Positions 22,969-36,459 of a stretch of DNA of 64,000 bases are shown piece by piece. A model generated the notes under the pieces. That model made no database searches. It saw nothing but the letters and a program-made list of their open reading frames with translations, and was not told the origin of the DNA. The first letter of the stretch is position 1. Each line of letters begins with the position of its first letter. Made by a program: the position numbers and the translations under genes. This stretch comes from Anaeramoeba ignava BMAN (lineage: Eukaryota; Protista; Anaeramoebae): positions 310,001 through 374,000 of the forward strand of contig JAPDFW010000075.1 in NCBI GenBank assembly GCA_028826165.1. Direction: 5' to 3'.

Positions 22969-24324
22969 ATGGAAAATGATAAAAATCAACAATTAAGTCA
23001 TGTTTTAAAAGAAAGGGATGAATATAAAGAAAAATATTTAAAATTTCGACAAACAGCGTTAGCAATGACTTTTATTGGAGAAAAATTAAAACAAACACAA
23101 AATGGTATTTAAATAATTCTAAAAATATTTTATAAAAATTTTAACTTTAATTTTAATTTAGAATTGAAAAATAAACAAAGAGAAAATTATCAACTTTCAA
23201 GACAAATTGTTGCTTTACAAACAACAAGCGTTGGAAGTTTTATTGAAAATCAAATTACAGACAGTTTAAATTCTCTTAAAATTAATGTTGATAAAATTCA
23301 AGTTCAAAATGATTCTATCAATAAATCACTTAATATTTTAATTAAATATCAAAATGACATCATTAAGAATCAATCAGATTTTCAATTAAATAAATCAGAT
23401 AGTTTTTCCAAAATTCCAAAAAAAGATGAAAAAAATCATAATTCTCAATCATTTCTTTTCCAAAATCAAAATTTTAATGAAATTATTCAATTTCAAAATA
23501 ATAAGATTAAAGACTTGGAGTTGAAATTATATAATACTTTGAAAAGAGTAGAATCTCTTGAAAGTACTTATCAACATTTTCATAATAATGATAGTTTTGG
23601 ATATGAAGATTCACCTTATTATTCAAATTCTAATCAAGATTTTCAATTTCTCGAATCCAATAAAAAATCAAAAAAAAGTCGAAAAAAAAGAAAAAGTATT
23701 ATTGAAATGAATCAAAATGAAAACCAAAATCAAAATGAAAACCAAAATGTAAATATAAATATAAATGAAAATGAAAATGAAAATGAAAATGAAAATGAAA
23801 ATGAAAATGAAAATGAAAATCAAAATATAAATCAAAATGAATATCAAAATGAAAACCAAAATCAAAATGAATATGAAAATCAAAATCAAAATGAAAATCA
23901 AAATCAAAATGAATATGAAAATCAAAATCAAAATCAAAATGAATATGAAAATGAAAATCAAAATGAATATCAAAATGAAAATCAAAATCAAAATCAAAAT
24001 CAAAATCAAAATCAAAATCAAAATGAAAATCAAATTGAAAATCAAATTGAATATGAATATGAGAATGTAAATAAAAATCAAATTGAAAATAATTTAAGAA
24101 AGAAATTACAAAGTCAAGAAATAAATCAATTTCCTTCTATATTTGGAAATCAATTTGAAACAAATGAAAATATTAATTATTCTAAAAGTTTTTCTTTTAA
24201 TCAACCAAAAATATACTCAGAAAATGTACATTTAACAAATTCTATGTTTAGTCAAGAAGAAATTGAAACAATTAAAAAAGAAGAAATTGATGATTTTTTT
24301 CCTGAAGAAGATCATCATTTTTAA
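22969..24324 (+). CDS. Coiled-coil, N/E/Q-rich protein of unknown function (intron 23105-23161)
   Basis: MENDKNQQ...KQTQN|E joins ORF 23164-24324 in frame across GTATTT...TTAG. Confidence 0.7.
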
Positions 24325-24588
24325 AATTTTTTCCAATACAAAATAAATAAATTGAAAAGAAATCCAAAAAAAAAACAAAATTAAAATTGTTTTGATTTGA
24401 TTTGATTTGTTAAAATTAGATTTTTTTTTTTTAATTTTGTGAAACTTTTCAAAATAAAAATTGGAGAATAATTCAAAAAGGAAAACTTTGATTTCTTCTT
24501 TCCTTTTTATTATTATTTTTATTATCATTATCATTAAATCACTTTTTCTTTTGAAATTGATTGAACAATTTTTGGATTAAATTTTAAT

Positions 24589-25680
24589 TCAAATATTAAC
24601 GAAGTTTAAATTTCTTGGAGGAGGAGGAATTGGTGGTGCTTTTTTCTTTCTTTGAATCAAATTAAGTTCCACTTCAATATCTGATAATTCTTTTAATTCT
24701 TGAAGTGTTTCTTTTTCTTCCATTTTACCACCTAATAAAGCTCTAAAACAATCTACCCAAGTAACAAAATCCTTTTTAAATTTTAATTTTAATTTTAATT
24801 TTAATTTTAAATATTGATTTTAATTTTAATTTTAATTTTAATTTTAATTTTAATTTTAATTTTAATTTTAATTTTAATTTTAATTTTAATTTTAATTTTA
24901 ATTTTAATTTTAATTTTTAATTTTAATTTTAATTTTAATTTTAATTTTAATTTTAATTTTAATTTTAATTTTAATTTTAATTTTAATTTTAATTTTAATT
25001 TTAATTTTAATTTTATAAATGAATTTTAATTTTAATTTTAATTTTAATTTTAATTTTTAATTTTATAAATGAATTTTAATTTTAATTTTAATTTTAATTT
25101 TAATACATCCTAATTATTTAAATGAAAACTAATAAGCTTTTTTTATTGATTTATTTATTTACATTTCTATTTGATGCAATTAAATCAAGTGTTTTTTTTC
25201 CATCTTTAAAAATTAAAGAAAAAGTAAGCAAAATTTTTTCATCATCAAGTTTTTTGGCTTTAGATAAATTAATAGTAGCTCTTCCAGTTACAACATGAGA
25301 TAATTCCTCAATTTTTGCTAAAAAAATAATTAAGAATTTAATTTTAATTTAAATTTTTTTATTTTGTTTTTTTATTTTAAATTTTTTTATTTAAATTTTT
25401 ATTTAAATTTTTTATTTTGTTTACCAGCAACTTGTACTGCTGCTTTAGTTTGTGTTTGGCCACTTTTTGTTACATCAGAAATTAATATTTCTTGTCGATT
25501 TTCACTTAATTTAACAAATTTTGGATGATATTTTCCGGTTTTTGTTACTCTTTCTAATATTGCTCCTTGAATTAAATGAACCATTTTTTGTTCAAATACA
25601 ATTTCATGTACTTCTGGTTCAATTTGTAGTCGAATTTTTCTAATGTATTCTGGTTCTGTTTCTGTTTTTTCTGTTGTCAT
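24589..25680 (-). CDS. ELMO C-terminal-like PH domain protein with PxxP tail (2 introns)
   Basis: IRLQIEPEVHEIVFEQKM.HL.QG..FVKLSEN...I.ELSHVVTG...LTFSLI...TLDLIA...FVTWVD.FRALLG..M....T...L..L.DIEV.L.L....APPIPPPPRNLNF resembles the ELMO/CED-12 C-terminus. Confidence 0.72.
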
Positions 25681-25852
25681 TATTTTGAAAAATGAAAAAC
25701 AATTTTAAAAGAGAAAAAAATGGAAAAAAAAATGAAAAATTATTTTTTTTTAATTTTCATTTTTCATTTTTTTTTTCATTTTTCATTTATTAAAAAACAA
25801 AAACAAAAACAAAAAAAACAAAAACAAAAACAAAAACAAAAACAAAAACAAA

Positions 25853-28800
25853 ATGTTTAGTTCTTCAACACAAAAAGGTAAATAAAAAAAAAATTAAAAT
25901 AATAAAATTTAATGATTAAAAATTTTATATTCATTTGCCAAAAAAAAAATTTCTTTTAAAAATGCCAAAATGTCAAAAAAAATAAACAAAAAAAATAAAA
26001 AAACAAAAACATACTTTAAATGCCAAAAATAATCCAATTATTCAATGTCAATTTCAATTTTAAAATTTAAAGGTGAATTATTTGAAATCCAAACTAAATT
26101 ACAAGATCCAAAAACAGAAAAAAAAAAAGAAGGAGTTAAAAAAGTAATTGAATTAATGACACTTGGAAAAGATGTTTCAGCTCTTTTTACTGATGTTATG
26201 AATTGTATGCATACAACTGACATTGAAATTAAGAAACTTGTTTACATTTATTTAATGAAATATGCAAAATATAAACCGGATCTTGCTATTCTTGTTGTTA
26301 ATACTTTTGTTCAGGTTTAAAATCAATTTCAATTCAAAATTTATCTGAAATTTATTAACAAAATTTATAATTAAATTTATAATTAAATTTATAATTAAAT
26401 TTATAATTAAATTTATAATTAAATTTATAATTAAATTTATAATTATATTTATAATTATATTTATAATTATATTTATAATCAAATTTATAATTAAATTTAT
26501 AATTAAATTTATAATTAAATTTATAATAAAATTTATAATAAAATTTATAATAAAATTTATAATTAAATTTATAATTAAATTTATAATTAAATTTATAATT
26601 ATAATTAAATTTATAATTAAATTTATAATTAAATTTATAATTAAATTTATAATAAATTTATAATTAAATTTATAATTAAATATATAATTAAATTTATAAT
26701 TATATTTTATAATTAAATTTATAATTAAATTTATAATAAATTAAATTAAATTTATAATTAAATTTATAATTAAATTTATAATTAAATTTATAATTAAATT
26801 TATAATTAAATTTATAATTAAATTTATAATTAAATTTATAATTAAATTTATAATTAAATTTATAATTAAATTTATAATTAAAATTATAATTAAATATATA
26901 ATCATATTTATAATTAAATTTATAATTAAATTTATAATTAAATTTATAATTAAATTTATAATTAAATTTATAATTAAATTTATAATTAAATTTATAATTA
27001 AATATATAATTAAATTTATAATTAAATTTATAATAATATTTATAATTATATTTATAATTATATTTATAATTATATTTCAATCAAAAAAGGATACACAAGA
27101 TGAAAACCCTCTTATTAGAGCTTTAGCAATAAGAACAATGGGAAGTATAAGAGTTGAAAATGTTATAGATCATCTTTGTCAACCTCTTGGACTTTGTCTG
27201 AAAGTAAACAGAGAAAACAAAATAATGTTTTATTTATTTATTTATTTGTTTGAATTACTTTTCTAAAATTCAATTCATTATTAAATTTATTTAGGATCAT
27301 GATCCTTATGTTCGTAAAACTGCTGCATTATGTGTTGCTAAACTTTATGATACAAATCCAGAACTTGCAGAATCTAGAGGCTTTATTCAAAATTTAATTG
27401 ATTTAGTTTCTGATTCAAATCCTATGGTTGTTTCAAATGCAATTACAGCTTTAATGGAAATTAATCAATCAAAAAAAGAACCAGTTTTTCAAATTGATAA
27501 GAAAACTGCAGTGAATTTATTAAATGCACTTAGACAAGCTCCAGAGTAAATCAATTTTAATTCAATTTTATATCAATTTTAAATCAAATTTTAAATCAAT
27601 TTTAATTCAATTTTATATCAAATTTAAATCAATTTTATATCAAATTTAAATCAATTTTAAATCAAATTTTAAATCAATTTTATATCAATTTTATATCAAT
27701 TTTAAATCAAATTTTAAATCAATTTTAATTCAAATTTATATCAAATTTAAATCAAATTTAAATCAATTTTAAATCAATTTTAAATCAATTTTAAATCAAT
27801 TTTAAATTAATTTTAAATCAATTTTATATCAATTTTATATCAATTTTATATCAATTTTATATCAAATTTAAATTAATTTTAAATCAAATTTATATCAAAT
27901 TTATATCAATTTTATATCAATTTTAATTCAATTTTAAATCAATTTTAAATCAATTTTATATCAATTTTAAATCAATTTTAAATCAATTTTATATCAATTT
28001 TAAATCAATTTTAAATCAATTTAAATCAATTTTAAATCATTTTTAAATCAATTTTAAATCAATTTTAAATCAATTTTAAATCAATTTTATATCAATTTTA
28101 TATCAATTTTAAATCAAATTTATATTAATTTTAAATCAAATTTAAATCAATTTTAAATCAATTTCATATCAATTTTATATCAAATTTAAATCAATTTTAT
28201 ATCAATTTATATCAAATTTTATATCAATTTCATATCAATTTTAAATCAATTTTATATTAATTTTATAATGAAAAAAAATATAAAGATGGGGAGCTGCTTT
28301 TATTTTAGATAGTCTCTCAAAATATGTTCCTAAAAATTCTAAACAAGCAACAACAATTTCAGAACGAATTCTTCCAAGATTAAATCATAATAACTCTGCA
28401 ATTGTTTTATCAAGTGTTAGATTAATTCTTCATCTTTCTGGATTTATTGAAAACAAAGCAAACGCTGTTAATTTAATTACAAAAGTTGTTCCACCTTTAG
28501 TTACACTAATGGGAAACAAAAACGAAATTCGTTATTTAGCTTTGCGGAATATTAATTTAATCATCCAAAAATGGCCATCCATATTTTCGCATGAAATTCA
28601 GATATTTTTTTGTCGATACAATGACCCTATTTATATTAAACTGGAAAAACTTGAAATTCTTGTTCTTCTTGCTTCAGAAAAAAATATCAATCAACTACTT
28701 CATGAATTTCAAGAATATTCAATGGAAGTGGATGAACAATTTGTTCGTAAATCTATTCGTGCAATTTCAAGATGCGCAATCAAATTAGAAAAATCAGCAG

Positions 28801-31353
28801 AAATTTGCATTAATGTTTTAATAGATTTAGTAAAGAAAAAAATCAATTTTGTTCAAGAAGTTGTTGTTGTGATTAAGGTTTGAATGATTTTAAAAACAAA
28901 ATGAAGAAATTTATAAACTGATATATTTATCTAATAGGATATCTTTAGAAAATATCCAAGTCGTTATGAAAAAATTATTGGTCTTCTTTCTCAAAATTTA
29001 CCTACTTTAGATGAACCAGAAGCAAAAGCTTCTATGATTTGGATTATCGGTGAATATTCAGAACAAATCGATAATGCTCATGAACTTCTTGCTTCTTTTC
29101 TTGCTAGTTTTAAGGAAGAAAATACTGATGTTCAACTCCAAATTTTATCTTCTTTAGTTAAATTATTTTTAAGAAAACCTCATGAATCTGAAGAGTTATT
29201 ACAGCAAGTTTTAAAATTATCGACTGAGTCAGAAAATAATCCAGATCTTCGAGATCGAGCTTTCATTTATTGGAGAATTCTTTCTTCTGATGCAGATTTA
29301 TCTTCTGTATTTATAAAATTTATTTATAAAATTATTTATAAAATTATTTATAAAAATTATTTATAAAATTAAATATAAAAATTATTTATAAAATTATTTA
29401 TAAAAATTATTTATAAAATTAAATATAAAATTATTTATAAAATTATTTATAAAATTATTTATAAAATTAAATATAAAATTATTTATAAAAATTATTTATA
29501 AAATTTATTTATAAAATTTAATATAAAATTAATTATAAAATTAATTATAAAATTTATTTATAAAATTTATTTATAAAATTTATTTATAAAATTTATTTAT
29601 AAAATTATTTATAAAATTTATTTATAAAATTTATTTATAAAATTATTTATAAAATTTAATATAAAATTTAATATAAAATTTAATATAAAAATTAATTATA
29701 AAATTAAATATAAAATTATTTATAAAATTATTTATAAAATTAATTATAAAATTATATATAAAATTATATATAAAATTAATTATAAAAATTATTTATAAAA
29801 TTATTTATAAAATTATTTATAAAAATTATTTATAAAATTATTTATAAAAATTATTTATAAAATTTATAAAATTATTTATAAAATTTATAAAATTATTTAT
29901 AAAATTAAATATAAAAATTATTTATAAAAATTATTTATAAAAATTAAATATAAAATTTATTATAAAAATTATTTATAAAATTATTTAGAAAATCATTTAT
30001 AAAATTAATTATAAAATTAATTATAAAATTAATTATAAAATTATTTATAAAATTATTTATAAAATTATTTATAAAATTATTTATAAAATTTATTTATAAA
30101 ATTAAATATAAAATTATTTATAAAATTATTTATAAAATTAAATATAAAATTTAGAAAATCATTCTTACAGAAAAACCTAAAATTACAGAAAAATCTTTCC
30201 ATTTTGAACCTTCTGTTTTGGATGAACTTCTTCGTAACATTTCTTTCTTATCAAGTGTTTATCATAAAGTTCCAACATCTTTTCTCAATAGTTATCAAAT
30301 TACTCAAAACCATGAAGAAGATGAATTTGAAGATGAAAATGAGGATGAAAATGAAGATGAAAATGAAAAAGAAGAAAAAAATCCAAAAAATAAAAAAAAC
30401 ATAATTAAATCAGAAAATAATCAAGAAAAAAGCAACAATAACAATAACAATAATAATAATAATAGTAATAACAATAATGAAGATATGATTGTTTTAAATG
30501 AAAATGAGAATGAAAATCAAAATGAAAATGATGACATGAGCTTATTTAGTTTGAATGATATAATTTCAAACACAGTAAAAAAAACTCAAACTCAAAACAC
30601 TTTTAATTCACAACTTCAAGACTCAATTTTTGAAACACCCGTTATAATCAACAACGAACCAAGAAAACTTCTTTTGAATTCAGCACAAGGAAAAGGAATG
30701 GAAATTCTTGGATTGTTTAAAAGGAAAAATGACGATATTATTTTGGATCTTGAAATTAAAAATCAAACAAACCAAAAATTTTAGTGAACGCTTTAGTATT
30801 TAATAAAAATTTCTTTGGAATGAAGCCAACAGGCCAAAATATAGCATTAGCAATCAACCCAAAAACTTCCGCTGAAAAAGAAGTTTTGTGTCCAATTTCT
30901 GCAGATCATGTTGTTGAAGAACCAAAAACACTTTTAATTCAAACGGCAGTTCAAAATAATATTGGAATAATTTATTTTCAACACAAATTTCCAATTCAAT
31001 TATTTTTCTCTCAAAATTCCGTTTTAGACAAACTTAGTTTTACAAAAATTTGGAATGAATACTCTTCAAACTTAATTAATTTGCAATTGAATCTTAAAGG
31101 TTATTCAAAAGATTCCTTGAAAAACACTTTATTAGCAAACAATGTTTTTATTGTTTCAGAATCTCAAGAACAAAATTTACTTATTTTACTTCTTTCAGTT
31201 AAATTGTTCAATAATTATTATCTTCTTTCAACTGCTAAATTAAACACTATTAATTTGGATTGCAATTTTTCAACTTGTTGTCAAAAAGAAGGTTTTCCAA
31301 ATTTTTTCCATCAATTTTTGATTGAAAAATTCCCAAAAACTTCATTTTTTTAA
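25853..31353 (+). CDS. AP-1/AP-2 complex beta subunit (6 introns; frame break near 30780)
   Basis: [42 protein letters not shown]; [13 protein letters not shown]; DPYVRKTAA; [11 protein letters not shown]; MIWIIGEY; [13 protein letters not shown]; appendage FNKNFFG. Introns: 25878-26072, 26315-27089, 27204-27294, 27546-28285, 28878-28937, 29307-30154. Confidence 0.93.
26360..30150. repeat. Three different intronic satellites: (ATAATTAAATTT)n 26360-27075, (ATCAATTTTAWA)n 27550-28260, (TTATTTATAAAA)n 29310-30150
   Basis: Visible. Each is confined to one intron of the beta-adaptin gene. Confidence 0.9.
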
Positions 31354-31559
31354 ACTTTTAAAAAAAAAAATTTTTTTCTTTTTCTTTCTTTCTTTTTTAA
31401 TCAATTACTTAATTAATTAATTAAATCATTTTCAAAATAATAAAAATTTTTAACAAAAGAAATTTCAATTTTCTTTATTTTAAAAAAAAAGGAAATAAAA
31501 GAAAATTTTTTTTTAATTTTTAAATTATTTTTTATTTTTAGATTGTTTTAAAATTGTTT

Positions 31560-31812
31560 TTGTTGTAAATGTAAATGTAATTTGTAAATGTAAATGTAAA
31601 TGTAAATGTAAATGTAAATGTAAATGTAATTTGTTTTTGTAAATGTAATTTGTTTTTGTAAATGTAAATGTAAATGTAAATTGTAAATGTAATTTGTTTT
31701 AAATGTAAATGTAAATTGTTTTTGTTTTAAATTGTAAATGTAATTGTAAATTGTTTTTAATTTGTTTTTGTTGTAAATGTAAATGTAATTTGTTTTTGTA
31801 AATGTAAATGTA
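31560..31812. repeat. (TAAATG)n microsatellite 3' of eS30
   Basis: Visible hexamer repeat. Confidence 0.85.
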
Positions 31813-31814
31813 AT

Positions 31815-32006
31815 TTATCGATCTTGTGAATTTGGTCCCTTTTGTTTAACACCTGGTTTTTTAACTGCATTCAAATATCTTCTTGTGTAAAGCATTCTTT
31901 TTTTGGCTCTTCCTGTTGGTTTTTTACTTTTTGGTTGTTTTTCAATTTTTGGTGTTTGTCCTCGAACTTTTCCTGCTCTTGTTAAACTTCCGTGAACTTT
32001 TCCCAT
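31815..32006 (-). CDS. RPS30: 40S ribosomal protein eS30
   Basis: [37 protein letters not shown]...KGPNS. Confidence 0.98.
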   Translation of the reverse strand: MGKVHGSLTRAGKVRGQTPKIEKQPKSKKPTGRAKKRMLYTRRYLNAVKKPGVKQKGPNSQDR

Positions 32007-32506
32007 TATTAAATTTTTTATTTTTTAATTTAAAAAAAATTTGAAATAAAAAAAATGAAAAAAAAAAAATTAAAAAAAATTTTTTTTTTATTTAAATAAT
32101 TTTATTACGTTTTGTTTATTAATTTTTTTAAATAATTATTCATTTTAATAAAAAATTTACTCATCTTTTTATTTTTTTATTTAATTAAAAAAAAAAAGAA
32201 AATTTTTAATTAGATTTGAATTGAATTTATTAAGTAAATTAATTCCAATTCAATTAAAAAGATTAATTTGAAATTAAAAATTAAAAAAAAAAGTGGAATT
32301 AGAAAAGCAAAAAAAAAAGTGGAATTTGATTTAAAATTGAAATTAAAATTAAAATTAAAATTAAAATTAAAATTAAAATTAAAATTGAAATTAAAATTGA
32401 AATTGAAATTAAAATTGAATTTGAAATTGAAATTGAAATTTAAAATTGAATTTAAAATTAAAATTAAAATTGAAATTAAAATTGAAATTGAAATTGAAAT
32501 TGTTGA

Positions 32507-35500
32507 TTAATTTTGATTGTTTGATAAAGATTTGGAATAAAAATCAAGTAAATAAGATCCTAAAATTGATTTTTGATTTAATTGATAAAATTCTTTTAAA
32601 TCAATAAATTCTGAAATATTTTCTTTGGTTAATTTTGTTTCATCAATTTTATCATTATAAAAAAAATAAATTAATTGTTGGATTGTTTCAAATGATTTTC
32701 TTGAATATTCATGAACTTGATTTGATAAATCATTAACATTTAAAAACATTCCTTTAAATAATTCACTTCTTATTTCTAATATTAATTTATGAACTTTAAT
32801 TTCTTTTTCTTCAATAATTATTGTAAAATCTTTAGTTTCATTTTCTTGATAAAATTCTTCAAAATCTTTTAATATTCCTTTTATTCCTTCTTTTTCTTTA
32901 ATCCATTTTAAATCAAATCCTGTTTCTTCAAATAAATCATAAATTATTCCTTTTTGAAATTCTTCATTTTGTTTTTCAATTTCATTTAAAATTAATTCTT
33001 CTTCTTTTTTTTGATTTTCAAATTCAATTTGATTTGAAAATAAAAATTGAAAATTTGAATCAATTTTTGTTTGATTTTGATTAAATTGATTATTAAATTT
33101 TTGAATAAATTTATCAAAATCAATAAATCCTGTATAAAGAAAATTTAATGAAAATTGAATAATTTCTTTTGATTTTCTTCTGCAAATATTAATAAATCTT
33201 GTTAAAATTTTTTGATTATTATTAAATCTAATTAATAAAATTTGATTATGAGCTTTAATTATTTCACCATCATTACTTTTAATTTCAATATCTTTAAATT
33301 CATTTGATTTCAAAAAATTATTTAAATCATCATTAAATGAATAAATTTTAGGAAATAAATCAATTATTTCTTGATTAATTTCATTTTCTTTCAATTCAAA
33401 AATATTCAGATCTCTTATTAATAAAATTATAATTTCATTTAGATTATTTTTCAAAGCAATATGTAAAGGTGTTTCATTTTCATTATTTTTTGAATTAATA
33501 TTAGAACCTTTGGAAATTAATAATTCAATAATTTCATTTGAATATTTATTTTTCAAAGCAATATGTAAAGGTATTTCATTTTGATAATTTTTTGAATTAA
33601 TATCAGATTCTTTGGAAATTAATAATTTAATAATTTCATTTGGATATTTATTTTTCAAAGCAATATGTAAAGGTATTTCATTTTCATAATTTTTTGAATT
33701 AATATCAGATTCTTTGGAAATTAATAATTCAATAATTTCATTTGTATATTGATTTTTCAAAGCAAAATGTAAAGGTATTTCATTTCTATCCATTTTTAAA
33801 TTGAGATTAGAACCTTTGGAAATTAATAATTCAATAATTTCATTTGGATATTTATTTTTCAAAGCAAAATGTAAAGGTATTTCATTTCTATCCATTTTTA
33901 AATTGAGATTAGAACCTTTGAAAATTAATAATTCAATAATTTCATTTAGATATTTATTTTTCAAAGCAATATGTAAAGGTATTTCATTCTGATTATTTTT
34001 TGAATTAATATCAGATCCTTTGGAAATTAATAATTCTATAATTTCATTTGAGTTTTTATTTTTCAAAGCAATATGTAAAGGTATTTCATTTTCATAATTT
34101 TTTGAATTAATATCAGATCCTTTGGAAATTAATAATTCAATAATTTCATTTGGATATTGATTTTTCAAAGCAAAATGTAAAGGTATTTCATTTCTATCCA
34201 TTTTTAAATTGAGATTAGAACCTTTGGAAATTAATAATTCAATAATTTCATTTGAATATTGATTTTTCAAAGCAATATGTAAAGGTATTTCATTTTGATT
34301 ATTTTTTGAATTAATATCAGAACCTTTGGAAATTAATAATTCAATAATTTCATTTGAGTTTTTATTTTTCAAAGCAAAATGTAAAGGTATTTCTTTCCAA
34401 TTATTTTTTGAATTAATATCAGATCCTTTGGAAATTAATAATTCAATAATTTCATTTGAATATTTATTTTTCAAAGCAATATGTAAAGGTGTATCTTTAT
34501 TCCATTTATTTTTTGAATTAAGATTAGAACCTTTGGAAATTAATAATTCAATAATTTCTTTTGGATATTTATTTTTCAAAGCAAAATGTAAAGGTATTTC
34601 ATTTCTATCCATTTTTAAATTGAGATTAGAACATTTGGAAATTAATAATTTAATAATTTCATTTGAATATTTATTTTTCAAAGCAATATGTAAAGGTATT
34701 TCATTCCAATTATTTTTTGAATTAATACCAGAACCTTTGGAAATTAATAATTCAATAATTTCATTTGAGTTTTTATTTTTCAAAGCAATATGTAAAGGTA
34801 TTTCATTTTTGTTATTTTTTGAATTAATATCAGAACCTTTGGAAATTAATAATTCAATAATTTCATTTGAATATTTATTTTTCAAAGCAATATGTAAAGG
34901 TATTTCATTCCAATTATTTTTTGAATTAATATTAGAATCTTTGGAAATTAATAATTCAATAATTTGATTTGGATATTTATTTTCCAAAGCAAAATGTAAA
35001 GGTATTTCATTTTCATTATTTTTTGAATTAATATCAGAACCTTTGGAAATTAATAATTCAATAATTTCATTTGAATATTTATTTTTCAAAGCAATATGTA
35101 AAGGTATTTCATTTAGTTTATTTTTTGAATTAATATCAGATTCTTTGGAAATTAATAATTCAATAATTTCATTTGAGTATTTATTTTTCAAAGCAATATG
35201 TAAAGGTATTTCATTTCCATTATTTTTTGAATTAATATCAGAACCTTTGGAAATTAATAATTCAATAATTTCATTTGAGTATTTATTTTTCAAAGCAATA
35301 TGTAAAGATATTTCATTTTGATTATTTTTTGAATTAATATTAGAACCTTTGGAAATTAATAATTCAATAATTTCATTTGTATATTTTTTTTTCAAAGCAA
35401 TATGTAAAGGTATTTCATTTTTGTTATTTTTTGAATTAATATCAGAACCATTGGAAATTAATAATTCAATAATTTCATTTGAGTTTTTATTTTTCAAAGC

Positions 35501-36331
35501 AATATGTAAAGGTATTTCATTTTTGTTATTTTTTGAATTAATATCAGATTCTTTGGAAATTAATAATTCAATAATTTCATTTGAGTTTTTATTTTTCAAA
35601 GCAATATGTAAAGGTATTTCATTCCATTTATTTTTTGAATTAATATTAGAACCTTTGGAAATTAATAATTTAATAATTTCATTTGGATATTTATTTTTCA
35701 AAGCAATATGTAAAGGTATTTCATTCCATTTATTTTTTGAATTAATATTAGAATTTTTGGAAATTAATAATTTAATAATTTCATTTGGATTTTTATTTTC
35801 CAAAGCAATATGTAAAGGTATTTCATTTAGTTTATTTTTTGAATTAATATCAGATTCTTTGGAAATTAATAATTCAATAATTTCATTTGGATATTTATTT
35901 TTCAAAGCAATATGTAAAGGTATTTCATTTTCATTATTTTTTGAATTAAGATTAGAACCTTTGGAAATTAATAATTCAATGATTTCATTTGGATATTTAT
36001 TTGAAAGAGCTGAATGTAAAGAATTATTTTTGTTTTTATCAATCCAATTTAAATTAGTTTCTTTTTCAATAAGTTTTTGAATAATTTCTTGTTTCGATTT
36101 ATTTTTAAAAGCATAATTTAAAAAAGGTTTATTTTCTTTTTCAAATTGTTGTGTTGTTTTTAAAGTTAAAATTGAATTAAAAAATTGAATATTATTTGTT
36201 TTTATTGCTTCATAAACTTGTTTTAATTGTTTTGTGTTTTGATTTATGTTTTGATTTGTGTTTTGATTTATGTTTTGATTTATAAATTGATTGAGATAAT
36301 GTTTTAACAATTGTTCTGTGCTTTGATTCAT
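32507..36331 (-). CDS. Ankyrin-repeat (26) + tandem BTB protein, 1274 aa
   Basis: Near-identical 102-bp/34-aa ankyrin units followed by a BTB-BTB C-terminus. Confidence 0.92.
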   Translation of the reverse strand: MNQSTEQLLKHYLNQFINQNINQNTNQNINQNTKQLKQVYEAIKTNNIQFFNSILTLKTTQQFEKENKPFLNYAFKNKSKQEIIQKLIEKETNLNWIDKNKNNSLHSALSNKYPNEIIELLISKGSNLNSKNNENEIPLHIALKNKYPNEIIELLISKESDINSKNKLNEIPLHIALENKNPNEIIKLLISKNSNINSKNKWNEIPLHIALKNKYPNEIIKLLISKGSNINSKNKWNEIPLHIALKNKNSNEIIELLISKESDINSKNNKNEIPLHIALKNKNSNEIIELLISNGSDINSKNNKNEIPLHIALKKKYTNEIIELLISKGSNINSKNNQNEISLHIALKNKYSNEIIELLISKGSDINSKNNGNEIPLHIALKNKYSNEIIELLISKESDINSKNKLNEIPLHIALKNKYSNEIIELLISKGSDINSKNNENEIPLHFALENKYPNQIIELLISKDSNINSKNNWNEIPLHIALKNKYSNEIIELLISKGSDINSKNNKNEIPLHIALKNKNSNEIIELLISKGSGINSKNNWNEIPLHIALKNKYSNEIIKLLISKCSNLNLKMDRNEIPLHFALKNKYPKEIIELLISKGSNLNSKNKWNKDTPLHIALKNKYSNEIIELLISKGSDINSKNNWKEIPLHFALKNKNSNEIIELLISKGSDINSKNNQNEIPLHIALKNQYSNEIIELLISKGSNLNLKMDRNEIPLHFALKNQYPNEIIELLISKGSDINSKNYENEIPLHIALKNKNSNEIIELLISKGSDINSKNNQNEIPLHIALKNKYLNEIIELLIFKGSNLNLKMDRNEIPLHFALKNKYPNEIIELLISKGSNLNLKMDRNEIPLHFALKNQYTNEIIELLISKESDINSKNYENEIPLHIALKNKYPNEIIKLLISKESDINSKNYQNEIPLHIALKNKYSNEIIELLISKGSNINSKNNENETPLHIALKNNLNEIIILLIRDLNIFELKENEINQEIIDLFPKIYSFNDDLNNFLKSNEFKDIEIKSNDGEIIKAHNQILLIRFNNNQKILTRFINICRRKSKEIIQFSLNFLYTGFIDFDKFIQKFNNQFNQNQTKIDSNFQFLFSNQIEFENQKKEEELILNEIEKQNEEFQKGIIYDLFEETGFDLKWIKEKEGIKGILKDFEEFYQENETKDFTIIIEEKEIKVHKLILEIRSELFKGMFLNVNDLSNQVHEYSRKSFETIQQLIYFFYNDKIDETKLTKENISEFIDLKEFYQLNQKSILGSYLLDFYSKSLSNNQN

Positions 36332-36459
36332 GTTTTGATTTATATCTTGATTTAAAAATTGTTTGAGATAATGTTTTAGTAATTAATTTATGTTTTAGTT
36401 AGTGTTTTTAAAATGAAAAAAAATGAAAAAAAAAATGAAAAAAAAAATTGAAAAAAAAA

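Noticed and set aside
31560-31812. Telomere-like repeat (TAAATG)n
   Set aside because: It is internal, degenerate and lacks G-runs. It is a 3'-flank microsatellite.
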